Origin: Azolla caroliniana
Lineage: Eukaryota; Plantae; Polypodiophyta
NCBI GenBank assembly: GCA_043228905.1
Contig: JBHGNT010000006.1
Coordinates: 558,001-622,000 of the forward strand
DNA length: 64,000 nt
Direction: 5' to 3'
Within the stretch, counting starts at the first letter, position 1; every line of letters starts with the position of its first letter. Below, one piece after another: positions 12,601 through 24,505 of this stretch. The notes below the pieces were generated by a model, which ran no database searches, was not told where the DNA came from, and saw only the letters and a program-made list of their open reading frames with translations. The position numbers and the translations under genes were made by a program.

Positions 12601-12710
12601 TTGATCATTATTTCAGGGTAAGAAGGGACCAATACCTGAACACAGAAGAATTTATAGAGGCAGTTGCTGAAGCTCTCAAGGGGCAATTGGTCATCAGCTC
12701 TAGGCTTTGA
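682..12710 (+). CDS. ICDH: NADP-dependent isocitrate dehydrogenase, peroxisomal isoform (5'-partial; 13 exons in window)
   Basis: Exons 682-791, 4805-4842, 4921-4998, 5091-5144, 5221-5322, 5650-5741, 10941-11044, 11121-11189, 11264-11379, 11553-11587, 12195-12337, 12412-12534 and 12617-12710 join in frame (1158 nt, 385 aa + stop). Motifs: [87 protein letters not shown]. Ends ...ISSRL* (PTS1). All introns are GT-AG except 5145-5220 (GC-AG). The N-terminal exons lie upstream of the window. Confidence 0.96.
1100..1660. mobile_element. Non-autonomous hAT-like/MITE remnant in the first visible IDH intron
   Basis: Dense AAACC(G)/TTAAGCC-type short motifs near both ends, an AT-rich core and a terminal ...AAACCATTGCCC. 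Resembles the AACCG/CGGTT subterminal arrays at 19105 and 32228. TIR and TSD not cleanly resolved. Confidence 0.45.
1920..2426 (+). mobile_element. RTEX-like non-LTR retrotransposon 3' fragment (copy A, internally deleted)
   Basis: Homologous to 3260-3490 and to the 3' part of copy C. Ends in the family 3' motif GGTCTTATAGGCCATTTTGGCCTCTCAAAAGAC followed by a TATC/TTTC tail. Confidence 0.8.
2770..3178 (+). mobile_element. RTEX-like LINE 3' fragment (copy B)
   Basis: Closely matches 4300-4705 ([24 protein letters not shown]...), ends in the hairpin motif plus (TTTC)n(TC)n, and starts directly after a TC-rich tract. Confidence 0.85.
3181..4705 (+). mobile_element. RTEX-like LINE, 5'-truncated (copy C)
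   Basis: Frameshifted ORF pieces include [17 protein letters not shown] (post-RT region) and [25 protein letters not shown]...ESEEH..C (C-terminal CCHC region as recalled for RTEX/L2-like LINE ORF2). Has the 3' hairpin and a TC/CA tail. The clade label is from motif recall only. Confidence 0.85.
5409..5640 (+). repeat. Diverged tandem duplication of about 100-110 bp in an IDH intron
   Basis: TCTTTGATGA.TTTGAGTTTACT...TGACTATCATC...GCTAGTTCTTTTGA.TATA occurs at 5409-5519 and at 5540-5640. Confidence 0.85.
7567..8905 (-). mobile_element. RTEX-like LINE fragment (copy D, antisense)
   Basis: Minus-strand ORFs 8099-8416 ([25 protein letters not shown]) and 8423-8638 ([23 protein letters not shown]). 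The 3' motif is seen as its reverse complement at about 7580-7625, with a (GAAA)n tail. Confidence 0.85.
8909..10125 (+). mobile_element. RTEX-like LINE fragment (copy E) with a duplicated 5' junction
   Basis: [16 protein letters not shown]..., homologous to 3690-4690. Ends GGTCTTATAGGCCATTTTGGCCTCTTAAAAGATGTTAATATTTCTTTC. Confidence 0.85.
10490..10887 (-). mobile_element. RTEX-like LINE internal fragment (copy F)
   Basis: Reverse complement matches about 3650-4045 (e.g. GGCACAATTGGCAAATTCT, ATGTATGTCCATATAAG, CACTCTATTCTTTTCCACT). Confidence 0.8.
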
Positions 12711-14929
12711 GTTGCAGATACATTTAACCAAGTAGAATATACAAAGGGAAGATCCTGCAGAACTTACTTCAGCTTCACATTGAATATGGAGCATGTAAAT
12801 GATAGATATAACATCTTCATCAAATTTTAGTAGGGTAAGTCATAAGTTATCACTATTAATGTATTGACGTTATAATAAATGGCAATATCTATATATCTTT
12901 GTAAGGTTGTGCATGAGTGTTAATAAGTTTAATCCAAAATGTTTTTCACAGGAAGCATGACTTGACAAAAAGATAATTGTTATTTTAGAATTACAGTGTA
13001 ATCTTCGACCTTAAGAATTCCTATTCAAAATTTCCATGTGTTACAGTGTTATGTAAGACTGTTGTGGGTATTAGACTACTTTTCTTATGATAGCCCTTCG
13101 GAAAGTTTTATTTTAACCTTCACACATTGTCATGATCAGCTCATAGATAAAATTTTGCTAGTGAGGGTTCGCCTGTTCAGTTATTGCCATGAAATGTTTT
13201 GCCTCATCAGTAACTGATGCATAAGTTTAGTTCAAGAACTTTTTAGTCACTTGCATTGGCACCACCTTGCAACATCACCATCTTCATTTACTGGCAGCCC
13301 TACATGCTGGACTTTTTTTAGCATCACTAGCTTGCAATATCACCCTCTTCACTACGTATAGGTGCACATAATTTCAGCAGCATCAGTACTTCCTTACAAC
13401 ATCCTCTTGCAAAGTAACCAAATTGTTATCCTTAACAGCTTACTTACAACATCATTTTAATTGCTTTATCGAGGCACTTGTTTTTATATGTTTGGACTAT
13501 AAGACAACTGATTTCCCTTCGTCTTTAAATTTAGAGAAGTAATTGCATCTAACAGCATTCAATAAATTACATTGTCTAACATCATGTTTGTGAATGACAA
13601 AGGAATGATATCATGGTCGGTAAGCAGGGATGTACCATTGTCTACCATTTTGTTTGGGAGACAATTGAGGGGGAATGGCAATTGATCTTGATTTACGTAT
13701 GAGTAGATTAACGACTAAGAAAAATCCAGTCTTATTCTATAACTTAATCATGCGTGAACGGTAATACTTTTGTACTTACCCACATTCGAACTATACCACA
13801 TTTCCATGCACTTGATAGAAGAACAAAGAGGCAAGAACCAACTTAGCTAGCTTCCATTAGTTAACGTGATGTAATTACAAGTCATTATGGGTACAAATAT
13901 ATGTCTTTGAACTTTAGATTAGGGAAATGATTGAGGACAATGAGAGCAGCCTAAGCTTTAGACTAAGCTCTAGACGTAGGGAGATTTTGTCTCTCTATAA
14001 AGAGTAGAACAAAACATCCCTCCTAACCTAATGTGTGCACTCCTAATGCACTTAAGAAAGGTGCCAAAAGGGGTGTTAATGAGGACAACTTGAGTTTGAA
14101 GATGTCAAAAGTAGGGGTGCTTGGGAGGAAGTGCAAGTCGGTTGGGCGGGATGTTGAGTATGAAGAGTTGCATAGAAACAAACAAAGTCTTTGGTCCAAA
14201 TGGAGAAATGTAGTATGGCGACGGTGAGAGTGAGGAAGTTGAGTGGAGGGAGGACTTTCGGAAGCGTAATCATGACTAGGCGGAACCGTGTGTCACCACT
14301 AAGCCATATTAGCATCATCGGTGGGCAAAGAGCTAGTAGTACCTATACAATAGTGTATGACCAATTGAACAAATGTAAAACTCACTTCTATTGAGCATTA
14401 TGGAAATCAAGGCTAAAGACAAGGTTGAAGGAGAGGGGAATTGAGCGAGTGTAAAATAGTAGTTGCATGTGACATAAATTGGGTATAGAACAACTCGTGT
14501 AGTGGGTTGAGTGAGGTTGTGGAATGGTGATGAAGGAAATGACCCTTATTGCAATGTGGGAGTAAAATGTTTAGACGGGGGTTGTTTCATTAGGAGACAT
14601 TGTGAACGGGGGCATTGTGATCAAGGGATATGGAGGTGGGATAAAAGTAAAATAGTAAAAGTAGGAAGGTATGAGAGAGAGAGAGAAACAAAAAGGAGTG
14701 AGGGTTAAAAAAGGAAAATAGGTGTAAGGCACAAAAGTTTTAGTAAAAAGAACCCTATGACATGAAAACAAAATGCTATGGGTGCCACTTGATAATGACG
14801 TAAAATGTGAAATTGAAATAATTAAATCCACTATTGGAGTTTCATATGTACAACTATGGTAAGAGTGATTTAAAGAAAATGTTTATACAATGAGTTATTT
14901 GTCCTAAATAGGAAACAACAAAGAGCCAC

Positions 14930-16250
14930 ATTCTCGGGAGGATCGTTCCAAGGTGAGATATCGTTGAGACTAATGGTTTGAGGGAGTCTCCATCCGGATT
15001 TCTCATTCTATAGGACTTGTTGAGGGTTTGGTGAGGGTTGTTTTAGGCGCCACCACCAAGTAAAATGATGTGATCGTCATAAGCATAGTAACTAGTGTGA
15101 TTGTCAAATGGGAGTAAGTGTAGGTCAATACTAAAAGGTAGGGCGTGGTGTGGTGTGAGAAGCATTTTGAGGCAACCCAATATCAACATGGGAACCAATT
15201 TTGGCGACATTTGAACAAAATTGATTTTTCGTGGCCTAGTAGGAGTCTTTTCATATGATATAAAACTTAGTTCCTTCATGTTTTGTGTGTATAGAACTTT
15301 ATGTATAATCAAGGTAGTATGGTCATTTTGGCTTAACTCTAGTGGTTTTGGACTTGGGGTGAATTTGAGTGGTTTCCTTCACTCTCCATGTTTCCAAGGT
15401 TCCCATACATGGGCCTTTGACAATGATATCACGAGCATTTGCCCATGCTTGACTAAGATTCTTCTTAGTGAGTATGTGCCAAGTGCAAGATGATGACAAA
15501 GTAAAAGGATAACCAACTCGTCGAGGGTAATGTGTTGTCCAACATCTGATATTTAGACATCTTCCTAAAGTAAGTCAAATGTAAGGATACCAACAATGGA
15601 AGATGTAGGCTCAAACTCAGGTTGATTTACCTTAGGAGGTGTGTTGTCATGGTCGGGAATTATATCAATCGAGCACTCAATGTGATCATACACTTGCTAG
15701 GGTCATGCCAATCTTGTAACATGATTCCTCAGGGTTCCCATAAGCATTATTCAATCCTCAATAAGATCCTTACCAATGTAAGTGGTCATCATACAGAAGA
15801 CCAAACCTAGACATTGGATAATGCTGACATCAATGCACAAGAGCAATCATTGCATTCTACTAATGGTAGTGAACTTAGAGTAACTAATGATCATACAAGA
15901 GGCTAGTGAAACTATCGAGTGTGACAATTAAGTTGTTATGCCCATGGACTAAGCAAGGCAGAGTCAATTTTCAGCTCAAACATGTGCTAGGTTGTTTTCT
16001 GTGAGTGGGCTTCCTAACATTGTTTGTAAGGTATTCGCTTCTAATATTTAGTTTAGAGATCAGATGTGTTTACTATGGAGCATTCCATATACAATAACGA
16101 GCATATACACCCAATTCATGAGTAAATTATAGCTCATCTTTAAGGATGGACTATCTTGATGTTTCCTCTATAAGCACGCATCCCTAATGTAATCGTTATT
16201 CATAGCTGCTTCACATGTTAATAGCATTTCCTCAATATCTATAGACAAAT
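14930..16250 (-). mobile_element. Possible highly decayed Ty3/Gypsy pol remnant
   Basis: Only faint stop-riddled echoes (…MSPKLVP, …DISPWNDPPENV, RNase H-like fragments). No intact ORF or LTR pair seen. Confidence 0.25.
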
Positions 16251-17999
16251 ATTGGTCATCTATGAGTGTTATATTTATCACACCACACCCAAAGTTGTTG
16301 CATTGCACCATTGGCCATGTGGAGTTTGACCTCTGCTTCCTCCATCTTATGACTAACTCAGAATACTTACTCTCGCTCCTAAGTGATCAAAATTAGAGTA
16401 GTGACATTGTTTACCATCATGAGGAGTGTGAAATAAGTATCATTAACATAAAAAATGTGGCTACCAATGCATCCAAGATCATAATTTAGAACATGTTATG
16501 TGGGGAATTGCCATTGTAGCTTCCCCATGCCTCGCCTCGCCCCGCTTGTAAGTCCTTGTTTACTCATCAAAGTACATTGTGCCAAGTTTAAGGGTCTAAT
16601 CCCAAGACTTCCTCAATGGTAAGCTCCACCGACCTCATAATGTGGTGTGTGAGAAGAGAGAAGAATGCTTGAAATCCAAGTTTTATAATAAGTAGACGTT
16701 ACCGTTGAAGAGGTAACTAAGAGCAATTTAAATGATAAGGATCAAACCAACAAATGAAGATAACTCTTGTATAATATGTTTTGGGGTGCAAATCTCGTCA
16801 AGGGTAATAGGGGGGGGGGGGGGGGGGGGGAAGTGTATGAACAAGGTACGTGGTAAAAATGAGAAGGGAGATGCATTGTTTGCAACAATCGAGCAAGGGT
16901 AAGTGCTACAAAAAAATACCTTAATTTTGTCAGTGATGGCTTTCTGATTTGCACATTGAGGAGTTCAACTCGTCATCATCTTGTGATTTCTAAGAGGTTG
17001 GCATCAATATTTTCGATCATCATCTTGTGTTGCATCATATCGAGAAGTTTAACATGTCATCATCTTATGATTTGTGAGAGGTTCTCATCAAAACTTTAGG
17101 TTTGCCACTAAAAATTGTGCTATAGTTGATATTTGTGTTTATGTACTTGATGACCAAAGTAATTCAAAAATCATTTGTATACAATATTTAAGGACATGGT
17201 CAAATGCATGGAATTCAAGATGCCAAGATTATTTGATTCCTATGGTTTGATATCTTTATTATTTCGCTAAGTTATAACCAAAATACAATAAGGATCTTAG
17301 GAGCAAGAAAGGACCTCTTAAAAACACAAGCCCTTTCGTGTGTATTCTCTTGTTTACTTTTGTGACAACCTCAACACATATGCTCGTAACATCAAGAAGC
17401 TTTAAATAGTCTCTATTATTTTAGACTTTGGGTCAAATTGAGGGGACCATCAAAAGGACCTAATACTTTTACTTTAGTGAGGGCATGAGAAAATGAGATT
17501 CCTTTGGTTTGCTTTGTTCCCTACTACCATATCCCTATATTGATGTTTATGCATGTGCCAACGCAATGGATCATTTCAATTTGATCCCATCAATCATAAA
17601 TCTTATTTTCTATATGAAAACCCTATATTGGCCCGCTTCAAAGTAATACATTTCTTACATAATTTGACACAAAGATCCCATATGTACACCTAGGACATAT
17701 TTTAAGCTTCTAGAATGTGTGCCTTTACTGAACGTCAAAGCATGCCTAGATTGCATATGCCATTGATCATGAACTACAATCTCTAAATGAACGGCCAATG
17801 CATAGGACCTCCTTCAACATAATGGATGTATAGGGCAATTGCAAGGAGCTCTCAAATATGCACTTTGGGGTTCTCAACAACATAATCACTATGTTGCTTG
17901 TTCCATTGTTCATCTCCGTTGGCTAGATGTATAAGAATGTATAATTCCCATGAAGGTTCAAAGAATGGCCCCATTTTTAGCGCGAGATTTGCTTAGATT

Positions 18000-18790
18000 T
18001 TGTTTTCTTAGTGTATGAGACCCTGGCACATGGGATTTATGATCGATGCACTTCTCCTTTTGCTCAGTGCTCAATATTGGAAACTTTCGGTCATGAACAA
18101 ATCTGTATTTTTTCTAAAACCATAGGTTCTTATCTACATATATTTGATATCATGTTTTTTGTTCTATGAAATTAACATTGCAATGAAATGCATTGTATTA
18201 CATTTCTTTGTACTACTTAGCTTGCATGACTACATGAGTCTAAAAGCTTGAGATACATCAAGTGTAAATGTCACAAAATAAGAATGTGTTGGATATAGTG
18301 AATGACCACCAAACAACTTGCTCTCACTTATCACATAATGGTGGGTTGAACCCAATGGCACCAACAACCAAATGTTAGTAAAATCCCCCACTCTCCATAT
18401 ATCGAATTTCCCTTCCATCATCAATGAATAGTATCATATCTCTTTGTTCAACGAGAAATATTGGCACATCAAATTGTATGTGTAGAGTTTTGCTACAAAA
18501 ACCTTGGCAATCATGGGATGAACATCATACCTGAACAAAAGGTGAGAATTTCAATATTAAGATGAAGAGCATTTTCTGTTTTCAAAGTTTGTCTTTAGAA
18601 TATCAAGGATCCATCAAGGCATTTCTCAACGACTCTCCCTATCTTAATAGTTTGTTTTCTTGTTGATTTGACCTACTCTTAATTTTGTTGATCAGACACT
18701 CCCTTCCTTTCTCTCCTTGGTTGTTTACATTGTGTTTTAGACCCTAATACCAAGTATCTTCCCACACAATTGGCTTGTATACCATCTATG
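18000..18790 (-). mobile_element. Decayed L1 endonuclease remnant
   Basis: Minus-strand fragments CVGRYLVL, IWRVGDF(T) and IDHK resemble the APE-endonuclease motifs DxxGR, GDFN and SDH, in the right order. Confidence 0.35.
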
Positions 18791-18801
18791 GTATAGATTG
18801 T

Positions 18802-18968
<167 letters not shown>

Positions 18969-19104
18969 ATGTCAATTGAGAGTTCGGAATATTTCGAACT
19001 ACAATAAGAACAAGCCTACACTACTATTGTAAGATGCAACAGATATATGGCTTGAGCGGACACTATAAGAGCTAAGACTCTAACGTGGGGACACCCTAGT
19101 AATC

Positions 19105-19210
19105 GCAATGGTTCGATTTGATTTGGTTTGGTTCAATTTGGGAGTCTCAATCTCAAACCATTTGGAATTAAACAGTTATAAAAATAAATTGAAACTTAAA
19201 CCGGATTGCG
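19105..19210. mobile_element. hAT-like MITE terminal fragment
   Basis: CAATGGTTCGATTTGATTTGGTTTGGTTC...GGAGTCTCAATCTCAAAC resembles the left end of the 1100-1660 element (ATGGTTAAGTTCAGGAGACTCTAAACTCAAA). Confidence 0.4.
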
Positions 19211-22200
19211 CAATGCTCTGTTTCAATTTTTGAGTGGAAATGGAAATGCTCAATGCTCTGTTTTGAGTGAAAACCCCCTTAAATAAACTTATTTTGTAGA
19301 ATGCTCTGTTTTGAGTTAAAACCCGCTTCTAATTAAAGCAAAATAATAATTCCAAAGTAAGTTTTGCATCACGATGATAGTCTATTCAAAATGGATACAT
19401 TTGGTTTACTATTCTTTTTCGGTATTAATTCAGTATTAATCCATGAGCTTATTATGGAGATAAACACATGATGGGCTCTTTTATATATCATCCAAATTAT
19501 GAAATGTTAAAAGAGAATGATGGGCACATATGATTACTACAAAAGGAAAATGATGGGCGAGTATGGTTGATGCTGATTCTGGCCGGATGCAGATAATCTT
19601 CTTCTATTAATGTCAGACCAGAATCTGATAGTGAAACTCGTGAATATTGGATAATTTAGCTAGGGAGGAGGGACACTAACAGAAATAAATGGTGCCAGCA
19701 CAGACTCCTACCTAAAGATGGATGGTGGCTCCTGAAGTATGCATAATATTTGTATGAAATGGTCTGAAAAGACTGAATCATTTGTTTTCCTGCCAAGTCA
19801 AGACATGACAGATGCAAAAAAAAAAATTCCTCCTACTGTACAGTTAGTTGTGCAGCACAGCGAGTCCATTGAGAGATGGTGAAAGAAAAACGCTAATAAT
19901 AACCATATATATTAAGTGGGATGTATTCAGCTATTCATTCCATTCAGTCATGATCTGGGAGGTTGTGAGCAAGCAACAGAATGGCAATTTGAAGGAAGGT
20001 ATGTCCAATTTGCAAGCAGCATACACAGAGATTGGAGCCTTCCTTACCTTTCCTGACCATCACTCCTGCTGATATTAGTTGCTTGCAGGACTAGACTGTA
20101 TGTATATTAAGAAAATCTGTAGAGCCAAGGAAGAAAATTAAGAGGTGAGGAGGCCATGTTAACCTCCTAAGCTTGCAACGGTCATCATTCTGAAAGTCAT
20201 GGGGGAAATGGTCGGAATTTCTGTTAAAAGACAACACGCTCCATTTCCATTTCAAAACCTCTGATTCTATAATATTTCTTATGGCACTTGTAATACATAC
20301 ATACATAAACCAAACTTCAAAGCTGCAAAAATGTACTTTTACTCACAAAAGAAAAAGAAAAAGTTTAGGATCATTTTGGGTGCACCAATTCTGACTGACA
20401 TTTTCAGAGAATTGGCGGCCTTCGTGAGACTGCAAAAAGTGACATACATGTTTTAAGTTTTGGGTACACCTGTGACTTTTAAAGAATACAATTTATTTTG
20501 AGATGCTATATGTACATATTTATTGTCTCATGGCTCACAATACATAGTAAGAATGGTTGTCTCGTGACAATTGTTACCATTGACGTTATGGAGCTCATGG
20601 CTTAGCCAAATGGGAATCAATTGATTTGGGGTCTTTGTTGAAGAATTGTTACTAGTAGTTAAACATGCAAGGGGGTGTAAAATGAACACCCATTCATTCC
20701 ACTTAGAAGTACTTATAAGGGCTTACCAAACTATTTAATAGACACATATCGATGAAAATTTGTAGGTTCATCGATGTTAGCTCCAAATTAATGTTTCAAA
20801 GCATATACATATTTTGATTGAATTGTGGCTACCAAAGCATGTAACACACAATTATGCCACTCCAAATTTACTTCTGATCATTCTTGTTTATTTAGCAATT
20901 AGTTATACCATCCTTTTATTTTATTGGTGGCATCATGACTTGAAAAGATGATTGAAAACCTTGGATTGTTTACTTGCTGCTATGGAAAGGTTTAATCCTT
21001 TTTTTTAAATGAAATGTTTACTAGTTCCATATATGTATTATGAAACACACACACACACACACACACATGTAAAACTTTGTAAAGTTTAGGCCTACAATGC
21101 TAGCTATCCTACTCCTATGCAATGTTTACTTTGTTAACAAGTATTGGAAGTTGAATTGTGTTTGTTTATCCCACTATTGGTAAGTGTCATTTCAAACTTT
21201 ATGTGAGTGTTTGTTGGATCTATACACATAACAATTAAGGGAGAGAGTAAACCCATTCACCTTGATGATGCTATAAAATTAGCTTAATGTTTGATGGTAA
21301 GCTTCTCTAAAAATGATTTTGATGCACCTTCGGGGTAAATGTCTAACTTCTTTGTAGAAGTGAGAGAATTTAAAAGCATGTTCCCTCTAATCAGATATAA
21401 TACTAAACCATACATTCAATGCCGTATAAAGAATATGGGTTCACTTACAATGGATTTGAATTTATTCTAAACACTTGACGAATGTACAATTAGGGACATG
21501 CATTTGTTTAGAAATGCTATCTTTTGCACATGTAACATATAAAGTTTTGAAAAACGGTATTCAATAGGCATGATAACTATGAAGGATTCATGTTATCAAA
21601 CATCTAGAATAATTTATTTTGATATACATGTTCGTGCACATACTACAGGAACCCACTTATAGACTTTTAACTACATAACAAATATGAATGGACAAACACA
21701 TCAAGTTATAGAATGCCACATTATTTAGCATTTTGTTTTAATTGGGATTTGTCTTTGGAATTATGTATAACATTCAATAGAGACTAGCAATCATGTAGAT
21801 ATGTTGTATGTGTCAAAAAATGGGATAGAAAGTTACATTTGGCCCCCTTTAAAAAATCAGGAAACAAGACCAACACGTGTTAATTAGAAAACGGAGGTCG
21901 TTTCTAGGCACAAACAATTGTATAATATACTTCGTGATGGTTGGGGAAAAAAGAACAAAAATGGATATATGTATGTGGGAAAGGTTCAAAAGCACAAAGA
22001 ATACATGCATCTGTGGCTTATTTCTTTAAATAACAAATCAATCATGATGATTGCATGATTATAAAGCTCCTCAAGATCATGAAGAAGACCATTAGTTTGA
22101 TGTTATCCATGACATTAAAACATTGTCACCACAATTTTATGTCCGTAAATATTTATTACACTGATGACCAGTTAGCTTTGATAGTACAAACAAACAATAT

Positions 22201-22940
22201 AAATTTGACGTACAACAGAACCATGTTGATGGCCATACATGTCATTTTCACATGTTTCAGTAATCTAAACATAAGGTCACCTCAACTTATTTTATTACAT
22301 GATTAGTTCTCAACTATGTTCTTAAACCTTACTAGCCATAGATGTCATGTGTTTTCTAATCAAATGTTCATGTGGATTATACACATTTTCAACAAACTAT
22401 GGATTCTTTATGAGATTATTACAATATAAAAATGTTGAAGACATTAGGTATTGATTGTCTAATAAATAGAATAAGCTTTAGAAGCTCTTCTACAACACTA
22501 AATCATTATAATTTTACAATGATATTTCAGACCACAAATTGATATTAAATCATTAAAGTTTTACAATGATATTTAAGACAATAATTTGCAATGGGATGAT
22601 ACCAATTTAGATGCTCACAAATATGTAGTCTTAAAGTCAATATTCTTATTAATTTGCAATCTGAGCTAGGTAGTCATTACCAAAACAACGTTGTCCTAAG
22701 ATCTTGGGCCATATTTGACTCTTTCCCAAACTTTGAAATCTAAAACCCTGTCAAGATCCCCTTCGTGGACATGTGTTTGAATCCAACATAAGATGATTTT
22801 ATTTCATGAGGAAGGTTGTTTTCACAATAATGGAGAAGTACTCAACAAATAACTTTATTTACCATCGCCTTTGGGATTCAAATTTTTATTAGTATTACAG
22901 CCATCTAGTGAGAATTATTATTATTTTCAATTCTTGTATT

Positions 22941-23025
22941 TTAGAGTGTGGACTATGCTATCCTAGAGAAGGGACTATCTTGGATTGTAGAGTGTGGGCT
23001 ATACTATCCTAGAGATGGGACTCTC
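22941..23025 (+). repeat. Imperfect tandem duplication of about 46 bp
   Basis: TAGAGTGTGG.CTAT.CTATCCTAGAGA.GGGACT occurs twice. Confidence 0.8.
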
Positions 23026-23125
23026 TATAACATTATTACAATAAAATTGTTGAAATCATCAAGTGATATTAAACAAGGTTTGAGGAACTAAAAAAGATCA
23101 CCAATATCTTCCCAGTCATTCAGCT

Positions 23126-23266
23126 ACAACGTTACATGAATATACATTAGTAGCATATTCTTTGGAACAATAGTATATTCTTTGGACAATAGTCTGACAA
23201 CGTTACATGAATATACATTAGTAGCATATTCTTTGGAACAATAGTATATTCTTTGGACAATAGTCT
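23126..23266 (+). repeat. Perfect 70-bp tandem duplication (period 71)
   Basis: 23126-23195 is identical to 23197-23266. Each unit itself contains ATATTCTTTGG(A)ACAATAGT twice. Confidence 0.95.
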
Positions 23267-24505
23267 ATGGTGCGAGTCAACAACAACTTATGTGCATGCA
23301 AATCCACATTATTTGTAATTTTAAAAGTAAAATATTCTTATTTATGCAAATGATAATTGTCATTTGCTCTCCAAGCTTGAAAACTAGAACTCTATTGCCA
23401 CACTAGTGGTCCTTTTGTTAAGAAGATGCATTAATTCAAATGAAGGAGGGTGATGCCACAGGGAACATAAGTGAGTGAGTTGCCTAGGGCTGCGTATTGA
23501 AACCATTGATGTAAAATCATAACAAGAATTCAGTATGTTTCAAGGTAAAGCCCATTTGTCAGCATTTGACTACAAAAACTCAATATATTCATGACATTTC
23601 ATTTCCTAGAAACTCAATATATTCAAAACAAGGTTTTTTATCAGCATTCTCTTAGGGCAGACAATGCTAACGTGTTCCAATGTAAATCCAACTGATTTTG
23701 TTTCAAAATCTAAGAAATTATTATTCCATTGAAAATTATTTGCAATATGCATAATAAGCAACACGATGAACATAAACGCAAAATTTTTGTAAAGTATAAA
23801 TACAAAGCATTCAAAATTACAAATAATGTGACGTTGTCAGTTGGAAGATGTTGCTATTGTTAATATGATTTTGTAATGCTGATGATAACAATAATAACAA
23901 AGGAAACCACTAAGTGGGAAATGCTTCCCAGAGACAAAACAAAGCCTTCCTCAGTTGAGATATTAATTCAATAACTTAATATATAAACTTCAGTAGCCTT
24001 AAACTCTTCCTATGTGAAAAATCTGTCGTATAAAGTTATTATGTTAATATAACCTAGGGGGGCATTTGAAGAGAGAAAAGAACTGAGATGTGGATATGAT
24101 AGGAACCACAAAATTACATCACTCAACAAAAAGCTATACCCTTTACATTTCATCAGAACCATTCAAAAGATCCAGTAACATATGGTTATAAATAATTTGG
24201 ACCTTGCTATGAAAATTCAGTAAAGGTCGCATAACCAACAAATTGTTTCACAATGTTCAACTTATTACCTTATTCCAATGCATATAGTTATCTGATAAGC
24301 ATAACCTACATCAAACGACTATACAATAACACATATACAATAACGCAAAAATGGTAATTTCAAACTTCAGTATCAGTATATAGAGCTGAGATTTTAGCAT
24401 AAAGTGCTTATGAAACTATATTGGACAGGCAAGAAGTTTAAGAAAGCCAATTATGAAACCCCCCAGTATACAGACTATGAAACATCCAGAGCATACAGTA
24501 ACAGC

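Noticed and set aside
12615-12623. AG|G|GTAAGA at the start of the last IDH exon, a possible 1-nt micro-exon or recursive donor that would remove the PTS1
   Set aside because: It simply encodes K-V-R of the normal exon, and no alternative downstream terminal exon was found.
16810-16830. Poly-G run (G-quadruplex or PPT candidate)
   Set aside because: An isolated homopolymer in decayed repeat DNA; its length is unreliable and no linked structure is evident.
21920-22035. Peptide ILRDGWGKKNKNGYMYVGKVQKHK resembles the GKxNxxG...HK motif of NDC10/Crypton tyrosine-recombinase domains
   Set aside because: Only a few residues match in a Lys-rich, AT-rich stretch, and the upstream frame shows no other recombinase motif. 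An HMM search would be needed.
23126-23266. Repeat-spacer-like appearance (CRISPR-like)
   Set aside because: The units are fully identical with no unique spacers, and the context is eukaryotic with no cas genes.
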